NCBI GenBank assembly: GCA_965178125.1
Contig: OZ237760.1
Span: forward strand, 496,001-560,000
Length of the DNA stretch: 64,000 nt
Direction: 5' to 3'
Source: Bilabrum cf. latius
Lineage: Eukaryota
Shown: positions 24,129 to 36,085 of the stretch, piece by piece
How positions within the stretch are numbered: position 1 is the first letter of the stretch
Layout of the letters: every line of letters begins with the position of its first letter
Position numbers and translations under genes: made by a program
Notes under the pieces: generated by a model
The model's database searches: none
What the model saw: the letters and a program-made list of their open reading frames with translations, nothing else
What the model was told of the DNA's origin: nothing

Positions 24129-26051
24129 TCAAAGCGGCTCGCTTTCCCTGGTGGATAGCATGCTCCTGTACATACCTACATGCCTTGGGTCGAGCTTGAC
24201 TAACAGCTCGACAAGTGCCTCTCCCTCGGGAACAGCAGCAGCTGCTGCTGCTTCCTCGCCGTCTCCTTCCCCGGCCCCCGCCTCCTTCCCGCCGACACCT
24301 GCCTCTGGCTCCACCCCAGCCATCCGCAGCTGCCTTCTCACCAGGTCAGCGGCCAGCAGCGGCCACTTACTCCCTGGCTCCAGCGCGACCAGCCTGGCCA
24401 GCTCTTTCAAGTCCTCTCGCAGCAAGCGGCCCGCCTCCGCCTGCCAGGCCAGCCCCTCCGCCTCTTCCTTGGGGGCCACTGGGTCCAGGTCAGCCACGGT
24501 GATCCCATGCCATGCAGCTGCTTGAGGCAGGGCTGGAGCTGGGCCAAGGGGCAGCTTGAGCCAGGGGTCCCCATCAGTTGCCGGAGCCGGAGTCGGGGCA
24601 GGGGCAGGGGCAGGTGCAGGTGCAGGGGCAGGGGCAGCGGCACGGGCGGCTCTACTTTCTTCGGTGCCTTTACCTGCTGGCTAGGTAGCCGCTACCTTGG
24701 TCGCCTCGCCAGACTTGATGTCCCTGATGTCGGCCCCAGCCGCGCCTTTTGCCGCCTTCTCCTCCTCATCATCATCGATTGCAGCCCCCATTGTGCCCAA
24801 CTCAGCCAGGTACATGTCCCAAGGGGAAGGGGCAGACGGGGCGGCGCGGGGCACACACGGCAGCTGGGGCGGCTTCCCCCTCGCCATGGCACCAAGGCAG
24901 CCCGCCACCCACCTGTGGTAGATCCAAGCGCTCTAGTCATCGGGCTCAGTGAACACGGCGGTGCGGATCCTAGACAGCTCGCCGCTGAGCCCGGCGGGTG
25001 TGACGTGGCCGGCAACCGAGAGCGCTTGTGCTCTCTGGTGCCACGCCGAGTAGTTGCTGAAGTTGCGGTCCAGCTTTTGTTGCGTGTACTCCAGGTCCTC
25101 GTCTGGTTTCTGCCCTGCCCTCGCCGCCAGCCACCGCCTATAATTCCAGCAGTGGAAATTGCGCTCGTCTCTCGTCAGAAACATGTCACAGAGATCCAGC
25201 TCGGACTGCAGATCTACCAAGGGCGGTGTGGCATCAGATGATTGCTCGCTTCCTGCGCTCGCGCCCGGTGCTGCCCCAGCAGCTGGTGCCGCAGACCCTT
25301 CAGCGCCTGTTGCGCTGGTGGCACCGAGGCCGGATGGGTCGGTCTGGGAAGCTGCCCCTGCTTCTCGTTCCGGGGCGTGGCGGTCATGGGTGTTAGTTGT
25401 GCCTTCCCCAGTGCTCCTTGCCCCGGGATCCGAGGCAGCAGCGGAAGTCAGGCCTGGACGTCTCGGTCGACCACCGAGTGCCAGGGCAACGATCCACATT
25501 CGGTGGTGCCATGTGCAATAGCTCTTCGGGTTCCGTTCCCCAAGCGCCTTCGCAGTCAAGGCTAGCTCTCGCTTGAGCGTCAGTGTCGCCTGTTTCTGAA
25601 TAGATTCCTGAGAAAGGTCCCGAGCATCTGCCCAGTACCTCCATCGCCGCAGGATCAGGAACTTTCTGTGAGCCCAGATAGTATAAACATCTGGATTTAC
25701 CGCTAACACGCTGTCCATTAACTTCCATATCTTTTCACCCTCCGAGCCAAGCTGCTTCTGCGATGGATTCAGCTTGAGATTGACAGCACAACGACAGCAC
25801 TAGTACAGCGCTGCGGGTGCTCACAACTAAAGTGAGCAATTCAACATACCTATTTGATGGATGCCTGAGCAAGACTTCGGAATTTTTTGATCTTTGCTGC
25901 CATAGCGGCCTACTCAGCATCCGACGGCCCTTCGCCGGGCGGCGGTCTCCGGCGTCCATGCTGCGACAGACTGGGAGTTGACAAGTTGGTCAACAGGTGC
26001 AAACTTATTCCAACTAAGAACTCATAACGAAATTTTTTTGTGGCTTACCAT
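24129..26051 (-). CDS. RABGGTA: Rab geranylgeranyltransferase alpha subunit; exons 26049-26051 (ATG only), 25850-25960 and 24129-25757
   Basis: M|HGRRR N-terminus. PPTA repeats VNPDVYTIW, NPKSYCTWHHR, DERNFHCWNYRR, NFSNYSAWHQR and FTEPDD*SAWIYHRW. C-terminal LEPGSKWPLL and LVKLDPRH. Two GT-AG introns, 4 TAGs, TGA end. Confidence 0.92.
25758..25849 (-). other. Spliceosomal intron 2 of RABGGTA (92 bp)
   Basis: AAATAG|gtatgt...atcgcag|AAG; phase 0. Confidence 0.75.
25961..26048 (-). other. Spliceosomal intron 1 of RABGGTA (88 bp), directly after the ATG
   Basis: ATG|gtaagc...tcgcag|CATGGA gives the canonical MHGR start. Confidence 0.85.
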
Positions 26052-26300
26052 TGCTAATTTCTGCTCTGACGCCGATAGTAACTGCGGAGCAGCGAGCATT
26101 CCGGAACTCGAAATGAACGTTCGTTGAACCTAGATGGAAGAATTCAGAATTGCCGCTAAATCTACCCCTGCTGGATCATATCCAGCCTTAGGTCGACTGC
26201 ATTCATATATTGTTACTATCTAGATTGATTGCTTCGACAAGTATCCTACGTGCACGTGGATATTGACCAGTAGTCCTGTCTCTGAGACCTGGCCAATCCA

Positions 26301-29300
26301 ATGCCAACTATAAACACACTCCCACTGAACGAAGCGCTATCGTAGCTCAAACAAAGGCATGTGCAGCATGCAGTTGAAGATGCTTGCGCTGAAAGGAGCA
26401 AAGGATCAGCCGCATCCAAAGGGCCCTAGGCTATTCCACGCAAGCCAGCTGTATTGCTGTCCCGGTCTGGGCGTCTCAAGCTCCGAGTGTTGAGCACAGA
26501 CGCTTCCTTATCATAGACCAAGATTATTAGAGCCGGATCGAGCATGCGAGTCGTCGTTGCTCTCGAGAACCAAGGGTAGAACCAGTGTACAGTGTGTAGC
26601 GTCGTCGTCCAGGACGCCCCAGCTCCTGGGCAGGGTACCGAGGTCTTTGCCGACTCAAGCGACCACCGAGCCGACTCTCGCACGTCTGCTACAGTTTTAA
26701 AAGCAGCGCCGGTGCCCTGGCAACAAGCGGTGGCTCTGCACACGAAATTGCCCGGCGCCGGATCCAGATCCAATAGCCAGCCGGCGCCTGAATAGACGAA
26801 AGCAGCGGCCAGCGGCGAGCAACCTGGAATCAAATCCGTCTTGAAGGATACAGTATCGAATCAGGACCCTGACTCCCAGCTGTACATTTCCCAGCTTGTT
26901 TGGATTCGGCGCGGGCGGGACGGCAAGCAGTCCACTCTCCGGCGCCGCATCCGCCCCCCTGCAGGCGGCCCCACGGTCCAGAGCTGCAGCGAGACGGGGT
27001 CCCAGGCGCTCGGGAGCAGACAGATCTTGTTCTCTGACTAGCCGAGGGGCGTGATGCAGCTCGGGCCCGGAGACAGGCTGATCGTCGAGCTTCTGTCCGG
27101 GCGGCTGCCCAGCGAGAGCGAGTGCCGCAGCATGCTGGTGTTTGCCTGCGGTGGTGCAGCCACCGGCGTGCCGCTGGACGGGCTGCTCGGCGTGCGCCTG
27201 CTCGGCCGATCTACTGGAGAGCCATACCTGTACAACCTGCGTGGGGGGCTGGATGACGAGTGGGTGGGGCAGTTCCTGGCCATGTACCCAGTGAGACTTG
27301 CCTGTTCAAAGAGTCCGGCCGCAGCCCGAAGTGTTTTGAATGCATGCGATACATTGACGTGCTGCTAGTGGTACTCTTTCTCCCCCGCAGTCCGCCCAGC
27401 CGAAGGTACAGGCACTTCTGGACGACGCATGGACGAGGGAGCCACCTACAGTCGTAACCAAAGAAGGACGAAGAGGCGCCTCTACGCCGCCCAACGAGCC
27501 CATCGCGCTTCCTCAGTGGCACCTCTCTCCAAGAGCTGCCGTCATTTGTGCCGCGGGCGACGACGGTCCCCTGGGCTAGGTTACGCCTAGCGTCATGCGT
27601 GGCGGGTGGCGGCGGCGGATGCACAACCTGCAGATCGCACACTTTGCACAAACTGAGCTAGACTTGCTTCAATTCGCCCAGGCGGGCGTGCCACTGCGCT
27701 GTAGTGCTGGAGTTGCCACGCAGGACGGGACATACAGGGCGTGTGCCCCGAACGAAGTGCTGCTGGATATCGAGTGGACTAAGGAGCAAGCTGCCCTTTT
27801 CGGGGATGCAAGGCCTAGTGTCCTGACGGGGGACCGCGTTTTGGTGCGACCACAACTACCGGGGGGCGTGGCAGTAGATGCGGCAGGCCCCGAGTCGGGG
27901 GCCGCCACGGGCTCGGGGGCCAGTTCAAGCGAAGCAGCTGCGGGCAACGGGACTAGGTCGGGCCTGGCTCTCCAAGGTGATATCGTGTTCGGGACACTCA
28001 GCTCAAAAGGTTGCGTAGTTCGCCTCACGCAGCGACAGGCAATCGCGCTCTTCCGTGGAAGTCAGTTCTTGAGTATGAGGAAACTCAAGGGGCAGTTCGG
28101 CAGGCATGCGCGCAAGGCCTAGCCTAGAACGGCGGCTGCTCCAGTTGTGCCTTGCGACGTTCGTTTCTCGCAGATGCTGCAGCAGGACCGCACCATCCAC
28201 AGGGCCATAGATGCAGTGCATCTGGACCAGCTATTTCCCTCCCCTGAACTTGTGGATATCAAGGCTTTCCAAGCCGAGCAGGATGCCCAAGCGGCTGGCC
28301 GGCCAATGCCGTTGGCCCCGCCGGTGTCGTCCGCTGCACTGGATGACTGGCAGGAAGCCGCCATCGAGTCCTTTGGCCGCAAGTCTCTCAAGCAAGTCCC
28401 CTAGCTCGTGCTGGGCCCATTCGGGTGCGGGAAGACGAGGACGCTCGTGGAGGCGATTCGACGGTGCGCGCTCAGTGGTCCGGCGCAGCGGCTGCTCGTG
28501 TGCACGCACACCAACATGGCAGCCGATCTTCTCCTGAGCAAGCTTGTGAGCTCGTTCAAGCCAAAGCACGTGCTGCGGTTGTATAAAGCAGAGCAGTCGA
28601 AGTCATCCATCGGTTCTCAGATCAAGGAGCTCAGCAACGGGGTTGCCTTGAAGTACGCAAACATCAAGAAGCCGAAGGCGGGCCAACAGGGCCCCTCCGA
28701 GCTGGAGGTGCCTCCCTTAAAGAAGCTAAGGCAGTACAAGATTATCATCACTACCGTGGTTACCGCTGGTAGGCTGTTCTCAGCCGGCTTGCATCCAGCC
28801 AGGAGCGATTCAGTGAGTGGTCCACCCCCGGCATGGGGTGCTTCTAGCCGTTCGGCCGCAGCCTCAGGCAGAGCGGCGAAGCACGGTCGTTCGCCGCTAG
28901 ATAGCCACTTCACACACCTGCTAATCGATGAGGCAGCGCAAACAACGGAGTGCAATGCAAGCGTTGCGCTCTCTCTGGCAGGACCGAACACCAAAGTCAT
29001 CTTGTTCGGGGACCACATGCAGATGGCTGCCGGCACAGCGAGCGAATCCGCAGACAGGCTCAGATACCCAAGGAGCCTGCTTGCCCGCCTGTTCCCAACC
29101 AGGACGTATGCTGATCCATCTTTGCCGAGCAGCCTATGCCGTTGCGAGCTCCGCAACAACTACAGGTCGCATCCGCAGCTTATCCTGCTCTCCAAACACC
29201 TAGTGTACGGGCACGCGGTAGATGCCCGAGCTATTCATGTCCCGCTCATTCCATTCCCCCCATCGTCGCCAATTTACCCAAGTGCCACAGTGTTTGTTGC

Positions 29301-31776
29301 AGTGAGGCACGTCCAACAGCCTTCGCGGAGTCCACGGGCTGCAGGCACATGGGAAGACCTGTACAAACCGGTAGGGGCGATTTCTTCAGCCATGTCGGGC
29401 CACGCTGATTTTCTTAACAGCCCAGAGGCAGTTGCCGTCGTGAGCATCGTCCAGCAGCTGCTGCAGTCCTCAGGCATCACATCGCCAGAGGACATTGCAG
29501 TCGTCACCCCGTACCGCTCCCAGAAGAGACTCATTCACAAGTACCTAACCGGCGCGGGCGTGCCTCGGGGCATCCGAGTGGACCCTGTGCATGCGATTTA
29601 GGGTGCCGAGTTCAAAGCGGTGGTGGTGAGCCTAGTGCGTACCGTGTGGGACGTGCCAGAAGACAACTTGGGCCTGCCGCAGCGTGATACCATTGGAACA
29701 ACGGGACGTAGTGGCACGGCAAGACCAGGGGCGGTGGTTCGAAGCGGGGGCTGGGAGGAAGCCATGGCAGGTGAAATGCCATCTAGCGAACAGGTGCAGG
29801 ACGCTGCTGTGCTAGAGCACATGGATCGGCTGGGCGAGGCGTACGCTGGGAGTTTCATTAACGACGAGACTGAGATAGCGAGCGCCCCCCTAATGGAGAT
29901 AGATGCAACAGCTGGATCAAGCCAGGCAAGGTCTCCATCGAGACCTGGTGCTTCCCTGGCTGCCGCTGGCAGAGCCGACATTGCCAATGCTGTGCGCAGG
30001 GAGCGTGAGCGGGCCAAGCAGGTCAAGCCCATCGGGTTCTTCCGAAACCCCGCTGCATTCAACACGGTCATGACGAGGGCTCGGTCGCTGGTGATCGCTG
30101 TCGGCGACCCCCACCTGCACGTGATGGATCGATGCTGGAGAGCACTAATGCGATCCAGTGTGGAGAGGGGGAAAGCGCTGGAGGCTTAGCTTGACGCCAG
30201 GGCCCTTGCCAAGGTGGACACGTCTCGAGTTAGTCTGGTGCAGTACCTCCCGACCATCGATGCGGAGCTTGATGCACGGCGAGAGCAGTACGCAATGTCC
30301 AAGGGGACCCACCTGCTTCCTTGCAGTCCTTCCATAAGAGTAATAGAGGGCAAAGGCGGTGACACGCTTCAGGGCATTGCGATGGCACGATTCGGTGGCG
30401 AGGCGGCTGCCTCAGCGGCGCAGCTTCGCATGGCGCAGGAGTCCGCGCGCCAGGCCCAGGAGCAGGCCATCAAGCAAGCTGCAGCCGACATGTCGGGCAC
30501 TGGTGGTGCTCTTAGCGGCTTTGACGACCCCATGCGAGCAAGCTAGCTCAGTGCAGGCGCTGCAGGGAGTATGCCAGCTGGTCCTGGGCATGGCATGCAT
30601 CCCGGCATGAGATACGTGGGTGGCGTCATGCCACCGATGCTGCCTCAAATGATGTCACGCGGATTACACGGTTTACCGTTTCATGGCGTGCCGATGGCAC
30701 CACGGGGCTTCATGGGAGGCGGATCTCGCCAAGGCCCCTTTATGCAGGGGCCTGGTTAGCCTATGGGTATGCCTATGGGTATGCCTATGCCGCAGGGGTT
30801 TATGATCCAGCATCCAATCTACGGTGGACTTCCACTACCTGCTGGTAGAGGGCAAACAGAAAAGGTCAAGGGGGAAATGTCTGAACGAGGCAGGTCGGGA
30901 GCTGATGCTGCACCAGGACCAGCATCGTAGACGTCCGCAGCTAGTGGGCAGGCTACGTCAGGCAGGAAGACTCGTACGTCGTTCAAGCTGGACCCTAATG
31001 CACCAATATTTATGCCTACTGCGAGTATGTTTGGGGGCACTCGTGAAGCAAGCGCCGCTCATTGGAGCGGCTAGATGCCTGGACCAGGTGGTGGCCGTAA
31101 TCCCAATCCAGGTGCCGGGCCAGGGGCAGGTGCAGATGCAGGTGCCGCACATGGCGCCAGGACCCATGTGGCCGACCTGGTGCTGCCTGAGGAGCCCAAG
31201 ATGGAAGCTCCCAGCGAGCTGCCCTGGCCCGTCGACAAGAGCTCGGAGCTCATGTGGACACTGTTGCACCCCACGGGGGGGCAACAGCCGTAGCACTGGG
31301 TGCGGTCGGCAGATGCTAGGACGATGCTGCTAGACGGCAGCCTGCGAGCGTGGGCTGCGCCAGGACCGGTCAGCCAGGTTAAGGCATGTCTTATTGTTGC
31401 GAGAGAATCTGAAAGCCCGACTGCCAGGACAGTCTTGACGGAGGACGGCAAGCACTGGCAAGCTGTGCCACTTGAAGGGGTACCCCTTCAGAAGGCGTTT
31501 CCCCAGCTGCAGGACGCGTTCTTGACCGCACCCCTTTCTCTTGTTAGGATTGTAGATACGAGTCTGGTGGTGCGGCCAAGGAATGCGGAAATGGTTGTCC
31601 CGGGGGGCTCATGGGAGGAACTAGCAGCAGCAGGGGGTGCGGCCGCGAGCGCAAGGGATGCGCCTGCCAGAGGGTCCTAGTCTGTGAGTGGGGCGGTATC
31701 GGGCGCGGGTGTTGGGGATGCAGCCGTTGCAAATCCTCGGGAGCACTACCTTCCAGCGGAATTGCAAGGCGACTGA
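26301..31776 (+). CDS. UPF1-like SF1B RNA helicase of HELZ/MOV10 type with C-terminal PAM2 motif; intron 27291-27390; 5' end uncertain (possible upstream exon from 26134)
   Basis: Motifs GPFGCGKT, VCTHTNMAAD, FTHLLIDEAAQ, LFGDHMQM, LRNNYRSH, IAVVTPYRSQ, VHAI*GAEF and FNTVMTRARS. About 17 in-frame TAGs. TGA at 31774-31776. Confidence 0.85.
27291..27390 (+). other. Spliceosomal intron in HELZ-like helicase gene (100 bp)
   Basis: gtgaga...ctctttctcccccgcag; explains the frame change. Confidence 0.8.
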
Positions 31777-31849
31777 AACTCTGTGGAACCGGAAGCCGCC
31801 AGTCGATTCGGCAATCCGGTTCATCTCTCAACAGCGCGTCCACGTTAAC

Positions 31850-32419
31850 ATGAAGTCTGCTTTTTCGTGGTTTGTTATCATTTTCTTTGCTCTGCACATC
31901 CCTCTCACGCTCGTCGTGGATGGGCAAGTTCTCATTCCGCCAACGATGGTACCAGAGTCCCTGCAGCTCGCGGTGCTCGAGTTCGCAAGCAACATGAAAG
32001 ATGACCTGATGATCTCCCCCAGTCAAGCTCCGCTGTGGTTTAAAGCTGTGATTGCGTGCGAAATCTTTCTGCAGGTGCCGTACTTTGCGTTCGCGGCGCT
32101 GGCATGGATCTCGGAGTGGGAATCCAGCATTCGGTCGACTATGCACGTGTATACAGCGCACGTGCTGACCACGATGGTCCCGATTATGCTAAATATTTTG
32201 TATGGTCCCTCATCCGGGGCTAGCAGTGTCGCGTAGACTTGGGAGAAGCAGGGCTGGACGGCTGGACCAGCGAGTGCGCTGAATCGAACGCCGCTGGAAT
32301 CCATAACTCTGGCCGCTGTGTACTCCCCGTGGCTCGTGATTCCCGTGATGATATCTCTAGTGCTGCTGGTGACTCCGCGGGGATAGCTGTTCAGTGGCGG
32401 CAAGGCAAAACAGTCGTGA
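31850..32419 (+). CDS. TMEM97: TMEM97/sigma-2 receptor (EXPERA domain) protein, 189 aa
   Basis: HIPLTLVVDGQ, DDLM, PLWFKAVIACEIFLQVPYF and YTAHVLTTMVPI. After the TAG at 32234 comes the fourth helix LAAVYSPWLVIP, then a C-terminal KAKQS (KxKxx ER-retrieval motif) before TGA. Confidence 0.85.
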
Positions 32420-32584
32420 TCGTTGCCGTGCTCTCCGCAAGTTGCAGGCTATCACGCCTAGAAAGCCGGATTGAACCTGGAACATGCATACTTACAGCAG
32501 TTTCAGTGACAACAGAGTTGTTTCAGGGATTATGTCCGCCTTGCAGCGCTACTGGGGCTGCACAATTGCAGCACTCTCGTGACA

Positions 32585-35500
32585 TCAGACGAACATCCCA
32601 TCGCCCCCGCCCACTCTTCTCGTGCTTCTTTGCAGCCAGCCCGACTTCAGCCTCCTCAGGAACAGCGGCAGCGACACCTGCGCGGACTCCTTTCCCCTCA
32701 TGGACCTGGCCGATATGCCGAACCCGCGCGCCACGAGCTGCTTGGCCTCCTCCTTGGGCTTCTCCGGATCCACCCGTAAGATGGCCTCGAGCGCTGCAGA
32801 GGCCTTGATGTACCTGTCGTCGGAACCCGTCGCGGCCGCTGCAATCTCCGCGCTTAGCTCGGACGAGACATCGAGATACTCTTGCAGGAACTGGTCCCTG
32901 ACACACTCAGTGAAGGCCGTCTGGTCGCCCACCTCGTCCTCAGCCAGCAGCTGCTCGTAGGGCACCTGCTCCCTCTGCGCGTGCTTGTCCACACCCAGCG
33001 CCGCCAGAAGGGCAGCCATCTCCTCCGGTGTTTTGGTCGCAAAGAATTCCCTCAGGTGCGCCACCAGGTCTTCCCGGTGAATGAACCCAGTGCGCCTGCC
33101 GCCCGACACTGCCCTGTCGATCTGCTCCAGGCCCTGCCTCAGCGAGGCCAGCATGGTCAGCTCTCTCTCGTGTACTTCCTCGGGCAGACGGCCCTGCAGG
33201 ATGGCGAGAAAGAGAGCCAGATCAGCGTCGTAGGAGAACCGCTGGCAGGCGAAGACGAGGCTGTAGCCCATCTCTACAGCAATGGCAGAGGACTGCTTGT
33301 ACTTGCCCATGAGAAACGAGTGGAGGAAACTCTCCAGCGGGATGCGCACATCCTCGTCGTCGTCCTCTCCCCGCCCGCCCCGCCCCTCGCTCCGCATAGA
33401 GGACCGGACCGTGTCTGCCACGGCAGCCTGCCTCTCAAGTTCCCGCCTCTTGTCCTGATCCCACGTTGAGTCGCCCGCCCCTCCCTTGGCGCCCTGCTTG
33501 TCCGAAGACCCGTCCTTCGGTCGCTTGCGTGAGGCCACACCAGATGGTGCCGCGTTACCAAGCCTCCTCCTCTACAGCGTGGTCTCTGCCCGCTGCTTTG
33601 CGATCCAGCACTCCTTTACCAGCCTTTCGGCCGCCTTCTTGCTGAGCTCTCGGTGCCTCACCAGGCCCGTCGCGCGCAGGAAGCGAGGCACGCTGGGGCC
33701 GATGCCCCGGCCAACGAAGAACCTAGGCTGAAATATCGCCGTGCTAAGCGGCACGGGAGCCATGCCCCGCTGGAAGAGAGGGTCCGGGGCGGCCACCCAC
33801 CTGCCATCAAAGCCTGGTAGAGACCCCGTGCCCGCCACAGACTCCTCCATCTCTGCCCGCCTAGCCGCCTCCAGTACCTCGGCTGCACCGCTCGCTGCGG
33901 GCTTCATCGGCCCAGGGATGCCATGCTTCTGCGCGTGTTTCTGCATGGTCAGCAGGAGCGGGTGCTTGGCACCAGCATCACCAGTAGTACCCGGCTCCCC
34001 GTTGGAAACGGACTCGCGCCTGCCCGCACCACTCGCATTTTCCTCTGCATCTTCCCCTGCCTGTGCAAGCGACAGCTGCCTCTTGATAGACTCAATGCCC
34101 TTCATGAGTCGGCTCATCGTGGCGAAGTCTATGGTCGGCTGTGAGCTAGCCGGCATGCCGCCTCCCATGCCCCTGAACGGTCTCGAATGGAACCCACCTT
34201 CCCCAGGCGAGAGAGAAGCAAATGGAGACTGAGCTTCACCGTCAGAAGGAGACGCAGAGAACGGGGAGGAAGGCTGGAGCCCGACCACATCCGAGAGTCC
34301 GGACGTGCTCTGCTGGTGCTGATCGGAGGGTCGCACGCCTCCGCCCGCCTTGCCGTACTTTCCGCCCAATCGTACCCCCAGCATCTCGGCCAGTCGATTC
34401 AGCCATCTGTTCTGAATCTCGACGGCGACAGACTCGGCCCCCACCGGGCCCTCCCTCGCGCTCCTGTCCTGGATCGCGTTCACGAATCTACGATGCTCCG
34501 ATCGCAGCTCGTCGTACTCGACCCGCAATACCTTCAGCTCCCCCTCTCTGTCCCTCATTCTCCTCAGCACCCGGGCGTACTCTGCCTGCGGCACCATGTT
34601 GCGTATCCTGGAAGTCATCGTCCTCAGCTGCTGCTTGTGCCTGTCGGCATCTGCCTGCGCCGAGGACAGTGACCTGGTGACAGAGGCGAGCTCGACCTCT
34701 GTCGAGTGCGACCTCCTCTCGCTCTCCACAGCCGCTGCCTCCCCTCTCCTGTGCGCCTCCACTAGAGTCAGATTCGTCTGCTTGATCTCCTCGACCTTCA
34801 TGAGGAGGCGGCTCGCCTCCTCCTCCGCCTCGCTCCTAGCCTCCTTCTCCTCAGCGAGTTCCTGCCTGACGTCGCTAATCTCCTGCTCCAGCTGTACCCT
34901 AATACTATCTGCGTGCTTCGCATCCTCGCTCCTTCCCTGCCGCTGCTTGCCCATTGCCTCTGCCTGTCGCTGGGAGCTGACCGCAAGCCTGGCCCGAAGC
35001 TGGTGCACCTCGGCTGCCTCTGTCTCGAGCCTCTCCAAGCGCGCCCTGTACGCCTGCTGGATGGATGCAAGCACGTCTTTCCATCCAGGCACAGCTGCAA
35101 TCAGCCTGTGGAAGGCCCGCTAGTACGTGGCCAGCACGGCGCCGCCGCCTGATGCCATGGAGGGGTCGTGCAGTACTGCGGACAGCAGGCTTCCATCGGC
35201 CTTGTGCTGGCCTTGCTGGGTAGATGAGCCGCCTACTGTGCCGCCAGATACTATGTCATGCAGCTCTTTTTGTAGCGATGCGTGGATTCTGCTGACTGCA
35301 TGGAATGGAGTTTCCTGCGGTTTGTCCTCGTCCCGTGACAGCAAGCCGAAATCAGACCCTCCTCGGGCGAGCATGGGGCTGCTTTCGTCGATCGAGCTGC
35401 CGACTGCGAGCGCTAGACTGCCCATTCCATCTGGTCTGCTTCTTGTCTCGGTCCCATGAACCGTCTTGCGCTCACTGTACTGGTGGTAATCGGGATGACC

Positions 35501-35908
35501 TCCTTTGAGCTCCACGCTGCGGGCCCAAGCTGTTGCCCTGCTTCCAGCTAGGGATGCAAGAGAGCCAGACTGACTACCTTGCCTAATACGGCTAGAATTA
35601 GAACGCTATACATCGTGACGGGATGACGGGCCTCTACTGGAGGCCTTGAGAGAGAGCATGCTATCAATGCCCAGATTCAGCATGCCGGACATTTGGCTCG
35701 AGATCTATGAACCCATAGCTGCTTCCAGCTGTGCATTAGCTCTGGACTGAGACTGCTCTGAAATTCGCACGGGTGGCCCTCTCGTGGCCTGCCTGAGCTA
35801 GACTCGCCTCTTCTATATTTTTGCCGGCTTGGGTTGGAGCAGCAGCGAATTACGCCCAGCACCTTGAATTCTCGCAGAAAGCGATCCACTGGTAGGAATC
35901 TGCTCCAT
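32585..35908 (-). CDS. TSNAXIP1: Translin-associated factor X-interacting protein 1-like (cilia-associated coiled-coil protein with EF-hand-like C-terminus), ~1,100 aa
   Basis: LATY*RAFHRLIAAVPGWKDVLASIQQAY (N-domain), FFVGRGIGPSVPRFLRATGLVRHRELSKKAAERLVKECW and EMGYSLVFACQRFSYDADLALFLAILQG. One frame through ~6 TAGs. TGA end. Start approximate. Confidence 0.75.
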
Positions 35909-36085
35909 ATAGTTACAGCTAAATCTTATGCGCTGGACAGCGAAGCACGTGTGGAAAAAATGGGGCCGAGCGAAGTGTGCAACAATCCGTTGATGGATTC
36001 ATCTTCATCTTCAATGTTTACGACCTGGATAGCATAAACCTGAGTATTACTGGAGCAGAAGCGCCAAGGCAACAAGAATCTGGAA

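Noticed and set aside
24933-29601. TAG as pyrrolysine, Trp (A-to-I editing), Leu, Tyr or Glu
   Set aside because: The most conserved positions require Gln (DQSAW, QGxE, Hus1 AQNA-like), and TAG sits in poly-Q tracts. One site (43742, F*TF in channel DIII-S1, often Glu or Asp) is compatible with Glu but is a variable position.
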